From Pseudomonadota bacterium (GTDB taxonomy: Bacteria > Myxococcota_A > UBA9042 > CAIXZC01): DNA of 64,000 nt. Below the pieces are notes generated by a model that had not been told where the DNA came from, made no database searches, and saw only the letters and a program-made list of their open reading frames with translations. Position 1 is the stretch's first letter; each line of letters starts with the position of its first letter. Both the position numbers and the translations under genes were made by a program. Below, in pieces: positions 45,685 to 59,092 of this stretch. Where the stretch lies: assembly GCA_043815665.1 (NCBI GenBank), contig JBDRIT010000002.1, positions 19,208-83,207 on the forward strand. Direction: 5' to 3'.

Positions 45685-47678
45685 TCCGTGTCGTCGCGCC
45701 CCGGCAGGACCCCGGATCGTTCGAGCTTCCGGCCGGTCTGCCGCACGCCCTCAAAGAGATCATCGACCACATCGTCCACGACGTTGCGGCTGCCCTCGAA
45801 CACCTGCTCCACGACGTCATGGGCGACGGCCTGCAGCATGTCCAGACCCTTGCTCTGCATCTTCTCGGAGAAGGACTTCGGCGACTCCCGCTCACCGGCC
45901 CGCTGCTTCCGTATCTGGTCGGCGAAGATCCCGATGGAGCGTCGCATGGACGGCTCCGTGACCTGGGCCGTGAGGCGAAGCGCAGTCTTGGCCATCCCGA
46001 CCGGCGCGTCCCTGTCCTCCTGTCGCCGGTACTCCTTGAACTGATCCCGGTTGTCCACGAATCGGACCTCTGCGCTGCGTCCCCCGTCGGGCCGGCGGTG
46101 GACCATCACCAGGATGTTGTCCGTCAGGTACCCCCAGATCCCGTAGATGAAGACGTCGCGGCCCGCGTTGCGCGGGCGCATGTCCGGGAAGAAGCCCGTG
46201 TCGACGTAGTAGCGGTAGGCGAGGACGAAGAAGACCAGGAGCTTCTCCGCGATCTCGGGGACCTCGTCCAGGAGCTGGACGTTCTGTGGCTTCCAGAGCT
46301 CCTCCAGGGAGAGGACGGTCTCCACCCGGCCCTGGCTCACAGCATGGAAGTCGGCCCGCTCCTGGAAGGTGTAGAAGGTCCGACCGATCCGCTCGAAGCG
46401 ACCGGGCACCCCCGGAGCGCCGCGGCGCTGGTACTGGGCCAGGGTGGCCTCGAAGGCCTTGAGGAGCTTGCGGGCCTCCCGGGGCTTGAGGTCCCCAAGG
46501 AGCTCTGCGGCGAGGAGGGGGCGCTCCATCATGAGGTTCAGATCCAGGTTCCGGCGCTCGGGGATGCGGATCCCGCTGAACGCGCTGGCGAGGCTGACCG
46601 AGGCCCGCCCGAACATGCGGACGGCGCTCAGGCTCAGGAGCCCCTGGTACGGTTCGATGCGATAGACCGGGTAGTCGTGATGGAACTCGAGGAGGTCCCA
46701 GGTGAGGATCCGGGTCTCCTGATCCGACAGGCGGCACCGCACAGAGCGGGGGAGCTTGCCGGACAGGACCTCCGAGAGGGCGCCGACCAGCTCCTCGTTG
46801 TGCCGCCTCCGCATGGAGAGATCCTCTGCGGACACCTCCAGGTCCGGGGCGTAGTAGGTGATCTCCGGGAGGAGGAAGCACTCCTCTCCCCAGCGGCCGA
46901 ACGCGTCGCTGATCAGGTCCCGCGCCGCGGTCCACCCGAGGTTCGGGTGACGGCTCCCCTTCGCGTAGCGGAGCACGTCCCGCCATCCCACGGTGATGGG
47001 CGCGTCGAAGAACTTCCGGAGGCGATCCTCCATCTCCCGGGAGAGCGGCGTCTTCCGGATCCCCTGCTGGATCCGATGGAGATCCCGCCATCCGGCGCAG
47101 GGCTCCCGGAAGTAGGGGTCCCGACCGGCGATGTCATAGATCGATTCGTTCGCCCTGGCGTTGGTCAGATCGACGAGGAAGGGATCGGCCCGGGTGGGCG
47201 CCAGATCCCGCTCCTCCCCGCCCAGGGTACGACGGATCACGTCCAGGAGATCCGGAGCGAGCTGGGCGTCCCGGTTCCCAGCCCCCCAATAGGGAATCTG
47301 CCGGACCGCGTCGGCGACGTCGATCCTGGTCTTCTCGAGGGAGGGATGGAGGTTGTATCCCACAGGCCCGAAGGCATAGCTGATGGTGCTGCGCGGGACA
47401 GCGTTCTCCCGGGGCCCCAGGAGCTGCATGTGAAACTCCCGGATCTTCCCGCGCTTCAGGAGGAACCGCCCCGCGATCTCCTGCGCGACCGCGTCGACCT
47501 GCTCCCGCGCCCGCCGTCCCACGGCGAGGGGGCCCAGGCGCGCCGCCAGGGCGTCACCGTCGATCCGCCTGACCTCCGTGTGCGCGCCGCCGGTGGAGCC
47601 CTCGATGAACCAGGTCGAGGATTCCATGATCATGCGGAGCAGGTGCTCTCGGTTGTCGTTCTTCCCTGGATCACTCAT
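45678..47678 (-). CDS. large cytoplasmic protein of unknown function
   Basis: 666 aa with balanced composition and no TM helix or signal peptide. The antisense 916-aa ORF is Arg/Pro/Gly-rich and was rejected. Contains FFPDMRPRN (D-x-[KR]-P-x-N, nt 46167-46184). Confidence 0.6.
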   Translation of the reverse strand: MSDPGKNDNREHLLRMIMESSTWFIEGSTGGAHTEVRRIDGDALAARLGPLAVGRRAREQVDAVAQEIAGRFLLKRGKIREFHMQLLGPRENAVPRSTISYAFGPVGYNLHPSLEKTRIDVADAVRQIPYWGAGNRDAQLAPDLLDVIRRTLGGEERDLAPTRADPFLVDLTNARANESIYDIAGRDPYFREPCAGWRDLHRIQQGIRKTPLSREMEDRLRKFFDAPITVGWRDVLRYAKGSRHPNLGWTAARDLISDAFGRWGEECFLLPEITYYAPDLEVSAEDLSMRRRHNEELVGALSEVLSGKLPRSVRCRLSDQETRILTWDLLEFHHDYPVYRIEPYQGLLSLSAVRMFGRASVSLASAFSGIRIPERRNLDLNLMMERPLLAAELLGDLKPREARKLLKAFEATLAQYQRRGAPGVPGRFERIGRTFYTFQERADFHAVSQGRVETVLSLEELWKPQNVQLLDEVPEIAEKLLVFFVLAYRYYVDTGFFPDMRPRNAGRDVFIYGIWGYLTDNILVMVHRRPDGGRSAEVRFVDNRDQFKEYRRQEDRDAPVGMAKTALRLTAQVTEPSMRRSIGIFADQIRKQRAGERESPKSFSEKMQSKGLDMLQAVAHDVVEQVFEGSRNVVDDVVDDLFEGVRQTGRKLERSGVLPGRDDTDQ

Positions 47679-47808
47679 GGGGGAAGGATCCTACGTTCCG
47701 AAAAAAAAGGCAAACGCCGGGCGCCGCGATTGCGCTCGGTCGAGGTTCCCTGTCTAATGGTTCCCGGGAGACGAGAGGAGCCCCGATGACCGGTAGAGAG
47801 TGCCCCAT

Positions 47809-48546
47809 ATGAAGCGAGTCGCCCTGGTGATCGTCGGGGACGAGATCCTCGACGGGTCGGTCAGCGACACCAACTCCGGGTTCCTCACCCGACGCATCGC
47901 CGATCTCGGCTCCCAGGTGACCCGGATCGTCGTGCTCCCGGACGAGCCTCAGGTGGTCGCTGCGACCCTCGGGCCTCTCGCCGACGACAATGACTACGTG
48001 ATCACGTCCGGCGGGATCGGACCGACCCCTGATGACCGGACCTACGAGGCCATCTCCCTGGCCTTCGGCGTCGCGTTGACACCCCATCCCGTCCTGGTCT
48101 CCATCGTCGAGCGCCGCTTCTCCGAGGGTGAGCGTCCCTGGGCCCTGCGCATGGCCAGCCCCCCGGAGGGCGCTGAGCTGGTCACCGGCGGTCGCTTTGC
48201 GTGGCCGCTCATCCGTTTCCGGAACCTCTTCGTCCTGCCGGGAGTTCCGGACATCCTCGAGGACAAGTTCTCCCTCCTGGAGCCATTCCTCTGCGCGGGC
48301 GCCTTCCACATGGGGACTCTTCGGGTGCGCGTGCGGGAGTCGGTGTTCGCAGGGGACATGGACGCGGTGATGCGGGAGTATCCCGAGGTGCACGTGGGTT
48401 CCTATCCTGTCCTCAAGCCGGAGCCCCATGTCCGCCTCGTGGTCCGGTCCAAGGATCATCGCGCCGCGTGTGCCGCCCTCGACCGCCTCGTCGCCCTCTT
48501 CGATGATGACTTGAAGATCGATGTCCAACCCCCAGAATTTACTTGA
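47809..48546 (+). CDS. molybdopterin-binding (MoCF-biosynthesis/CinA N-terminal-like) domain protein
   Basis: VALVIVGDEILDGSVSDTNSGFL...VITSGGIGPTPDDRTYEAIS. The start could also be GTG 47800. Confidence 0.7.
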   Translation: MKRVALVIVGDEILDGSVSDTNSGFLTRRIADLGSQVTRIVVLPDEPQVVAATLGPLADDNDYVITSGGIGPTPDDRTYEAISLAFGVALTPHPVLVSIVERRFSEGERPWALRMASPPEGAELVTGGRFAWPLIRFRNLFVLPGVPDILEDKFSLLEPFLCAGAFHMGTLRVRVRESVFAGDMDAVMREYPEVHVGSYPVLKPEPHVRLVVRSKDHRAACAALDRLVALFDDDLKIDVQPPEFT

Positions 48547-48571
48547 CCCACGACAACGTGCATTGTATAGA
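48543..48571 (+). promoter_or_regulatory. sigma70-type promoter candidate for tRNA-Val/infC operon
   Basis: TTGACC-17 nt-TATAGA, about 65 nt upstream of tRNA-Val. Confidence 0.45.
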
Positions 48572-48636
48572 ACCTCAGTCCTGAAACCGCACTCTCGTCG
48601 CGCAGACTGTGAGGTGGGTCGCGGGGCTTTGATATC

Positions 48637-48708
48637 AGGCGCGTAGTTCAGTGGGAGAACGCTTCCTTGACACGGAAGAGGTCGTGGGTTCAAGTCCCGC
48701 CGCGCCTA
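48637..48708 (+). tRNA. tRNA-Val (anticodon GAC)
   Basis: A 72-nt cloverleaf. Acceptor AGGCGCG/CGCGCCT, D stem GTTC/GAAC, anticodon stem CTTCC/GGAAG with loop TTGACAC, T arm GTGGG-TTCAAGT-CCCGC. Confidence 0.9.
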
Positions 48709-48718
48709 CTGAGTCGCT

Positions 48719-48760
48719 GCCCCCATCCCGGTCCTGCAGAGACCACTTGGGGGCTTTCTT
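48719..48760 (+). terminator. terminator/attenuator-like hairpin after tRNA-Val
   Basis: GCCCCCA...(GGTC-ctgcaga-GACC)...TGGGGGC followed by TTTCTTT. The stem is imperfect. Confidence 0.3.
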
Positions 48761-48772
48761 TACAACTGGAGC

Positions 48773-49324
48773 GTGATGAGACGAGGACGGCCGAACTTGA
48801 CGAAGGAAGAGCCTGAGGGGCACAGGATCAATCAGCAGATCCGTGCCGCTCGTGTTCGTGTCATTGATGGCGAGGGCAACCAGCTCGGGATCATGACGGT
48901 GCCCGAGGCCATGGAGCAATGCCGGATCGCCGGGCTGGATCTGGTCGAGGTCAGCCCCCTGGCGCGACCTCCTGTCTGCCGCATCATGGACTATGGGCGG
49001 TTCAAGTATCAGCAGAAGAAGAAGACCCAGGAAACGAAGAAGAACACCAAAGTGGTCCAGGTGAAGGAGATCAAGGTCCGTCCCAAGACCGATGGACATG
49101 ATCTTGAGACCAAGCTGAGGCAGATCCGGGATTTCCTCGAAGAGGGACACAAGGTCAAGGTGACCATGCGTTTCCGTGGCCGCGAGATCATCTATGCCGA
49201 GCGCGCGATGGAGATGCTCTTCAACATCGGCAAGGAGATCGCTGAGCACGGAGAGATCGAGCAGCACCCGAATCTCCTGGGCCGCAATATGAGCATGCTC
49301 GTGGTGCCCAAGGCGAAGAAGTAG
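48773..49324 (+). CDS. infC: translation initiation factor IF-3
   Basis: HRINQQIRAARVRVIDGEGNQLGIM...LDLVEVSPLARPPVCRIMDYGRFKY...KEIKVRPKTDGHDLETK. The exact start codon is uncertain, since IF-3 genes often use unusual starts. Confidence 0.9.
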   Translation: MMRRGRPNLTKEEPEGHRINQQIRAARVRVIDGEGNQLGIMTVPEAMEQCRIAGLDLVEVSPLARPPVCRIMDYGRFKYQQKKKTQETKKNTKVVQVKEIKVRPKTDGHDLETKLRQIRDFLEEGHKVKVTMRFRGREIIYAERAMEMLFNIGKEIAEHGEIEQHPNLLGRNMSMLVVPKAKK

Positions 49325-49336
49325 AAGGAGGCAGAC

Positions 49337-49534
49337 ATGCCGAAGATGAAGACACACCGCTCGTCTGCGAAGCGGCTGCGAATCACGAAGAACGGCAAGG
49401 TCATGGCCCATCGGGCCTACGCCAGCCACTTGCTGACACACAAGTCCCAGAAGCGAAAGCGGAACCTGCGGAAGGCGCGGGTTGTCGAGGGCGCCGCAGT
49501 GCGGCACGTTCGTCGGGCGCTGCCCTACGGATGA
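49337..49534 (+). CDS. rpmI: 50S ribosomal protein L35
   Basis: MPKMKTHRSSAKRLRITKNGKV... Confidence 0.9.
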   Translation: MPKMKTHRSSAKRLRITKNGKVMAHRAYASHLLTHKSQKRKRNLRKARVVEGAAVRHVRRALPYG

Positions 49535-49588
49535 GTGCGAACGCTTCCTGAGGCTTCGAGACCGGTACCGGTGTGAGGAGAGAAGATC

Positions 49589-49951
49589 ATGTCAAGGGCG
49601 AAGAGAGGGTTCAAGGCCAGGCGGCGGCGGAAAAGCATTCTCCTGGCGTGTCGTGGATACCGCGGTGCCCGTTCCCGTACCTATCGCGTGGCCAAGGAGA
49701 CCTGGCTGCGTGCTGGGAACTTCGCATACCGCGATCGGCGGCAGCGCCGCAGGGACTTCCGGCGGCTCTGGATCACGCGGATCAACGCTGCGGTTCGGCA
49801 GCACGGCGTCAAGTACTCGACGTTCATGCATTGGCTCAATCTGTCGGAGATCGACCTGGATCGTCGCGTCCTAGCGGACATGGCCATCCATGATCCCGGC
49901 GGCTTCAAGGCGCTCGTGCAGATGGCCGAGTCGACCGCCGCCAACCAGTAG
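49589..49951 (+). CDS. rplT: 50S ribosomal protein L20
   Basis: MSRAKRGFKARRRRKSILLACRGYRGARSRTYRVAKE... Confidence 0.92.
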   Translation: MSRAKRGFKARRRRKSILLACRGYRGARSRTYRVAKETWLRAGNFAYRDRRQRRRDFRRLWITRINAAVRQHGVKYSTFMHWLNLSEIDLDRRVLADMAIHDPGGFKALVQMAESTAANQ

Positions 49952-49968
49952 ATGAACAGGGGGCTCCG

Positions 49969-50253
49969 ATGACGAAGGCGGACCTGGTATCGTCCATCTG
50001 TGACGAGGTCGGTGGCTTCACGAAGAAGGAAGCGGCCGTGATCACGGATATCGTGTTCGACACCATGAAGGATGCTCTGTCCGAGGGAGAACACCTGAAG
50101 CTCTCCGGGTTCGGCACCTTCTCCGTCAAGCACAAGAAACCTCGCATCGGTCGGAACCCCCGGTCGGGCGAGGAGATGATGATCTCGGAGCGGCGCGTGC
50201 TCTCGTTCAAGCCCAGCCAGATCCTGAAGCGGGCCGTCAACAACAACGGATAG
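49969..50253 (+). CDS. ihfA: integration host factor subunit alpha (HU/IHF family)
   Basis: MTKADLVSSI...GFGTFSVKHKKPRIGRNPRSGEEMMISERRVLSFKPS. Confidence 0.8.
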   Translation: MTKADLVSSICDEVGGFTKKEAAVITDIVFDTMKDALSEGEHLKLSGFGTFSVKHKKPRIGRNPRSGEEMMISERRVLSFKPSQILKRAVNNNG

Positions 50254-50281
50254 AGGCTTCGGCGTCTTCGACGCCAGGGGG

Positions 50282-50860
50282 ATGTGGAGGATGACGCCGG
50301 ACACTGGACCAGTCATCCCGGACAAAGCGTTCTTCCGTATCGGCGAGGTGGCGGAGATCGTCGGGGTGAAGCCCTACGTGATTCGGTACTGGGAGACCGA
50401 GTTCAAGCAACTCCACCCGAACAAATCCCGCACCAACCAGAGGGTGTACTCCCGCGCCGACGTCCAGCTCCTGATCACCATCAAGACGCTGCTGTACGCG
50501 GACGGCTTCACCATCGAAGGCGCCCGAAAGCAGCTCTCCAAGAGCGTACGACCCAAGACCGGCGCCCTCCCCTTCCCCGACGGCGACGATGGGCTCGATG
50601 ATGGCGCCCCGGTGCTCGAGTCCAACCAGGTCAAGTCGTTCCTCAGCGAGCTCGACGAATCCAAGTCCGAGCTCAGCCGCCTCCGCAGGCGGGTCGACGA
50701 CGCCGAGGCCCGGGCCCACGAGCTCGACACCAAGCTCACCGAGGAGCGCCGAGCCCGCACCCAGCTCACCGCCTGGGTCCGCAAGGAGATGACCGAGGCG
50801 ATGACCCTCGTCGACGCGACCATCGACGCCGAGCCCGGCGCCAAGATCTCCAGCTCCTGA
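50282..50860 (+). CDS. MerR-family transcriptional regulator with C-terminal coiled coil
   Basis: FFRIGEVAEIVGVKPYVIRYWETEF...RTNQRVYSRADVQLL is a MerR HTH. It follows ihfA. Confidence 0.8.
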   Translation: MWRMTPDTGPVIPDKAFFRIGEVAEIVGVKPYVIRYWETEFKQLHPNKSRTNQRVYSRADVQLLITIKTLLYADGFTIEGARKQLSKSVRPKTGALPFPDGDDGLDDGAPVLESNQVKSFLSELDESKSELSRLRRRVDDAEARAHELDTKLTEERRARTQLTAWVRKEMTEAMTLVDATIDAEPGAKISSS

Positions 50861-50870
50861 GGAAGGACCA

Positions 50871-50905
50871 ATCGTAGAGGTCGGCCACCAGCGACGACCC
50901 CGATC
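50871..50905. repeat. 35-bp perfect direct repeat, copy A
   Basis: atcgtagaggtcggccaccagcgacgaccccgatc. Identical to 51040-51074. Confidence 0.9.
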
Positions 50906-50964
50906 CGGACCGCAGGGTTCGCGGGGGCAACCAACGACCCAACGTTGTCCCAGCAGTGATTCCA

Positions 50965-51030
50965 ACATTCCTTGGATTCGAACTCGACCGCAGGTCGAGT
51001 CGCCGACCGAACTCCCCAGCTCAGAAGATC
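50965..51030 (-). pseudogene. decayed tRNA remnant (minus strand)
   Basis: The reverse complement retains an anticodon-arm-like CTCGA-CCTGCGG-TCGAG joined directly to TTCGAATCC. There is no T-stem 5' half and no valid acceptor. The layout parallels the intact tRNA-Pro 169 bp further on. Confidence 0.3.
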
Positions 51031-51039
51031 ACCCGGTGG

Positions 51040-51074
51040 ATCGTAGAGGTCGGCCACCAGCGACGACCCCGATC
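51040..51074. repeat. 35-bp perfect direct repeat, copy B
   Basis: Identical to 50871-50905. The next ~20 nt are still similar but diverged. Confidence 0.9.
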
Positions 51075-51112
51075 TGACTCGCTGGTTCGGAGGAAGGAGC
51101 CCCGAAACGCAG

Positions 51113-51138
51113 AAAGGGCCATCCGAAGATGGCCCTTT
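51113..51138 (-). terminator. intrinsic terminator downstream of tRNA-Pro(GGG)
   Basis: AAAGGGCCATC-(tetraloop)-GATGGCCCTTT. On the minus strand it is followed by a T-rich tract (tttctgcgttt). Confidence 0.6.
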
Positions 51139-51143
51139 CCGAG

Positions 51144-51217
<74 letters not shown>

Positions 51218-51270
51218 TCAGACGCCGATGAATCGGCGGTTCGGTTGTCATCGCCCGCAGGCGAGACAGG

Positions 51271-51299
51271 GGTATAGCCCGATTGGGAATCGATGTCAA
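51271..51299 (-). promoter_or_regulatory. sigma70-type promoter candidate for tRNA-Pro(GGG)
   Basis: The minus strand reads TTGACA-17 nt-TATACC, about 50 nt upstream of the tRNA 5' end. Confidence 0.45.
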
Positions 51300-51317
51300 A
51301 TCGAAACTGGACTCCCG

Positions 51318-53102
51318 TCAGTCCAGGGGGATCACGAGGCCGCCGGAGAAGGAGATCCCGCCGGAGCGATGGATGTCATCGAAGGCTCCCCAGTATCCCG
51401 GGGTGAGGGTGAGGACCATGCCGTCGCCGAGGGAGACCCGGAAGTCGGGCTGGAGATAGAAGCCGCTGCCGTTCCCCACGAAGCCGAAGCGCATGACCCC
51501 AACGGGCCCCATGGTGACGCCGAAGCCCCACTGGAGGGTCGGCCCCGTGAGGATCGGCAGCTCGTGGAGGAAGCGGACGTCCATGAACGCGAGGTCCCGG
51601 GGCCCCAGACGAGCGCTCGCCGCGCCCATGACGCCGAGCCCCGTGCGGAGCTCCGGGGAGCCGAAGAGGTGGACCCCGCCGTAGACGCTCCACCAGTAGC
51701 CGTCGTAGCCGACGTAGGGCTCTGCGCCGCGCACGGAGTAGGTCACCGGGGCCCCGGCGATGTAGCCGGGAGTCGGATAGTATTCGTACCACGGAGCGAC
51801 GCCGACGCCGCGGGACGGCCCCTGGGTGCGGCCGAACTCCCCACCGTAGGCGGTCACGCCGGTCTCGAGGAACTGGCGATCGCTGAAGTTCCGGCGATAG
51901 GCGAGGGTCCCCTGTATCGCCCAGGCGTGGTCGGTGAAGACCGTGGGCGGGTCGTCGTTGCAGCCCTCGGTGTAGGTGTAGTGCACCTGGCCGATGTCGC
52001 CCCCGAAGCTCACCCGCAGATCGTGGACGTTCTCCGAGGGCTGCTTCTCCGTCCGGACCATCGGGATCCAGGCGGCCATGGCGATCACGGTGACGCTCAC
52101 CGGGAGGAGACGCCGCCAGCGCAGAGAGAGGGCCGGCGCCGCGCGCGCCGCGAGGTGCTCCGTCGCGTGCCACGCAAGGGGGACGCAGGCGAGCAGGGCG
52201 CAGAAGCGCTCCCCCGGCCCGAACCAGGCCCACACCATCCAGCCGGCGAGGACGCTGAGGGCGGACAAGATCGAGAGCCTCCAGGGCGTGACCGGGACCA
52301 TCGGCCGCGCGGCCTCCGGCTCCGGGCGTCGCTCACGGCGCCAGAGGGCCAGCCCAGCCAGGACCAGGACGACCAGGAGCGCCCACTGGACCCGCTTCAG
52401 GCCGCCGGCGGCCGGGCCACCGTAGCGGAAGAACTCCTGCCCGAACCGGATGGCGCCGTACCCGATGACGGTCACCAGCAGCGTGGCGCCGCGGCGCCTC
52501 AGGCGGCGATGCGCCCAGAAGACCCCGGCGATGAGCGGCGCCACCAGGAGGATCTCGTAGAGCGGGGCGGGATGCATCGAGAGGGACGCCGCCGCGCCGG
52601 GGGCCAGGAGGCCCTCGGCGATCTGGTGCCGGGCTGCGATGGAGCCCGCGCCGTACCGCATCGCCCAGGGGACAGCGGTCACGGTGCCATGGCAGCAACC
52701 GGTGAACAGGCATCCGAAGCGACCCACGAGGATGGCCACGGGCAGCACGAGGCCCAGGGCGTCCTCGAAGCGCGCCCGGTGCCCGAGGAGCCAGCGCAGG
52801 CCCCAGGTGGCCACGAGGGTCCCCGCGACCGCGCCCAGGAGGTTCTTTCCGTGGACCTCGGGGAGCACGCCCGCACCGAGGGCCGGCGCCCAGGCGCCGT
52901 GCTGGGACATGTAGAGCTTTGAACCGACGACGGCGCCGAGGACACTCGCAGCGATGAGCGCCGCCCAGGGGAGCGGAGCCTCATCCCAGCGTCGCCCGAG
53001 GATCCACTCCCCGATGACGCAGACGGCGATGGCCGCGGTCAGGAAGAAGAGGAAGGCGCCGGGCCAGATCCCCGTGGGCTCGATGAAGGTCGCTCCGATC
53101 AC
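51318..53102 (-). CDS. lgt: prolipoprotein diacylglyceryl transferase fused to extra TM helices and a Gly/Tyr-rich beta domain
   Basis: GTG start at 53102, with GGAG 8 nt upstream. Lgt motifs VGRFGCLFTGCCHG, HPAPLYE and YGAIRFGQEFFR lie in the first ~270 aa. About 4 more hydrophobic helices follow, then a ~240-aa Gly/Tyr/Phe-rich C-terminal region. Confidence 0.75.
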   Translation of the reverse strand: MIGATFIEPTGIWPGAFLFFLTAAIAVCVIGEWILGRRWDEAPLPWAALIAASVLGAVVGSKLYMSQHGAWAPALGAGVLPEVHGKNLLGAVAGTLVATWGLRWLLGHRARFEDALGLVLPVAILVGRFGCLFTGCCHGTVTAVPWAMRYGAGSIAARHQIAEGLLAPGAAASLSMHPAPLYEILLVAPLIAGVFWAHRRLRRRGATLLVTVIGYGAIRFGQEFFRYGGPAAGGLKRVQWALLVVLVLAGLALWRRERRPEPEAARPMVPVTPWRLSILSALSVLAGWMVWAWFGPGERFCALLACVPLAWHATEHLAARAAPALSLRWRRLLPVSVTVIAMAAWIPMVRTEKQPSENVHDLRVSFGGDIGQVHYTYTEGCNDDPPTVFTDHAWAIQGTLAYRRNFSDRQFLETGVTAYGGEFGRTQGPSRGVGVAPWYEYYPTPGYIAGAPVTYSVRGAEPYVGYDGYWWSVYGGVHLFGSPELRTGLGVMGAASARLGPRDLAFMDVRFLHELPILTGPTLQWGFGVTMGPVGVMRFGFVGNGSGFYLQPDFRVSLGDGMVLTLTPGYWGAFDDIHRSGGISFSGGLVIPLD

Positions 53103-53227
53103 GCAGCGCTCCGCGATGGGTTTGCGCCATTGTACCGATCTTCGCCCCTATGGCGCCACCCCTCGATGCTGCATCGGATCGCGCAACGCTGCGCGAGACG
53201 AACCCAGCTGGGGAACCCCCTCGATCC

Positions 53228-53408
53228 GTCGTCCCGAGGTCCCCCGAGGGACCTCAAGTGCCAGCTCTCGAGTACAATGACGGGAGCGCGCTGTGCCCGA
53301 GAGAGACACTTGAGGTCCCTCGTGTCGCTGCGCTCGCTCGGGACGACGGAAGATCCGTGCCCGAGAGGAGCACTTGAGGTCCCTCGCTGTGCTCGGGACG
53401 ACAGCGGG
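53228..53408. repeat. composite intergenic repeat: two tandem ~64-bp units plus an inverted partial copy
   Basis: GTGCCCGAGAG..CACTTGAGGTCCCTCG..CTCGGGACGAC occurs at 53293 and 53357 (period 64). The inverted arm CGTCGTCCCGAG..CGAGGGACCTCAAGTG lies at 53228-53260. Confidence 0.85.
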
Positions 53409-53458
53409 TCCGTGGATGGGCTCGTGTGCTGCGATGTCGGGCGGGGGGGAGGGGCGGA

Positions 53459-58975
<5,517 letters not shown>

Positions 58976-59034
58976 TTGTCTCCCTCCAGGAGTGCAGGTG
59001 CAGGTTCGAAATGAGCGATGCTCACAGTGGTGGC

Positions 59035-59062
59035 AATCTATGCACCGCAGAGGGGAAGTCAA
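59035..59062 (-). promoter_or_regulatory. sigma70-type promoter candidate for the giant gene
   Basis: The minus strand reads TTGACT-16 nt-TAGATT, about 60 nt upstream of ATG 58975. Confidence 0.4.
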
Positions 59063-59092
59063 CATCATTGGTGACGACATCGCGCTCGTGTG

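Noticed and set aside
45039-47789. 916-aa plus-strand ORF
   Set aside because: Arg/Pro/Gly-rich composition (MGRPPPPSPGSRDPAPPHRG…). It overlaps the rhomboid-like gene in another frame and lies antisense to the 666-aa ORF, which has normal composition and G/C-dominated third codon positions.
48635-49507. 290-aa minus-strand ORF
   Set aside because: It covers tRNA-Val and lies antisense to infC and rpmI, which are unambiguous.
50871-51074. The 35-bp repeats as a mini CRISPR array, or the ...GGTCGGCCACCA end as a tRNA/tmRNA 3' terminus
   Set aside because: - CRISPR: there are only two copies, separated by a 134-bp spacer, and no cas genes.
- tRNA/tmRNA: no complementary 5' acceptor strand (GGCCGAC) and no G3:U70. 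The upstream sequence does not fold into T or D arms.
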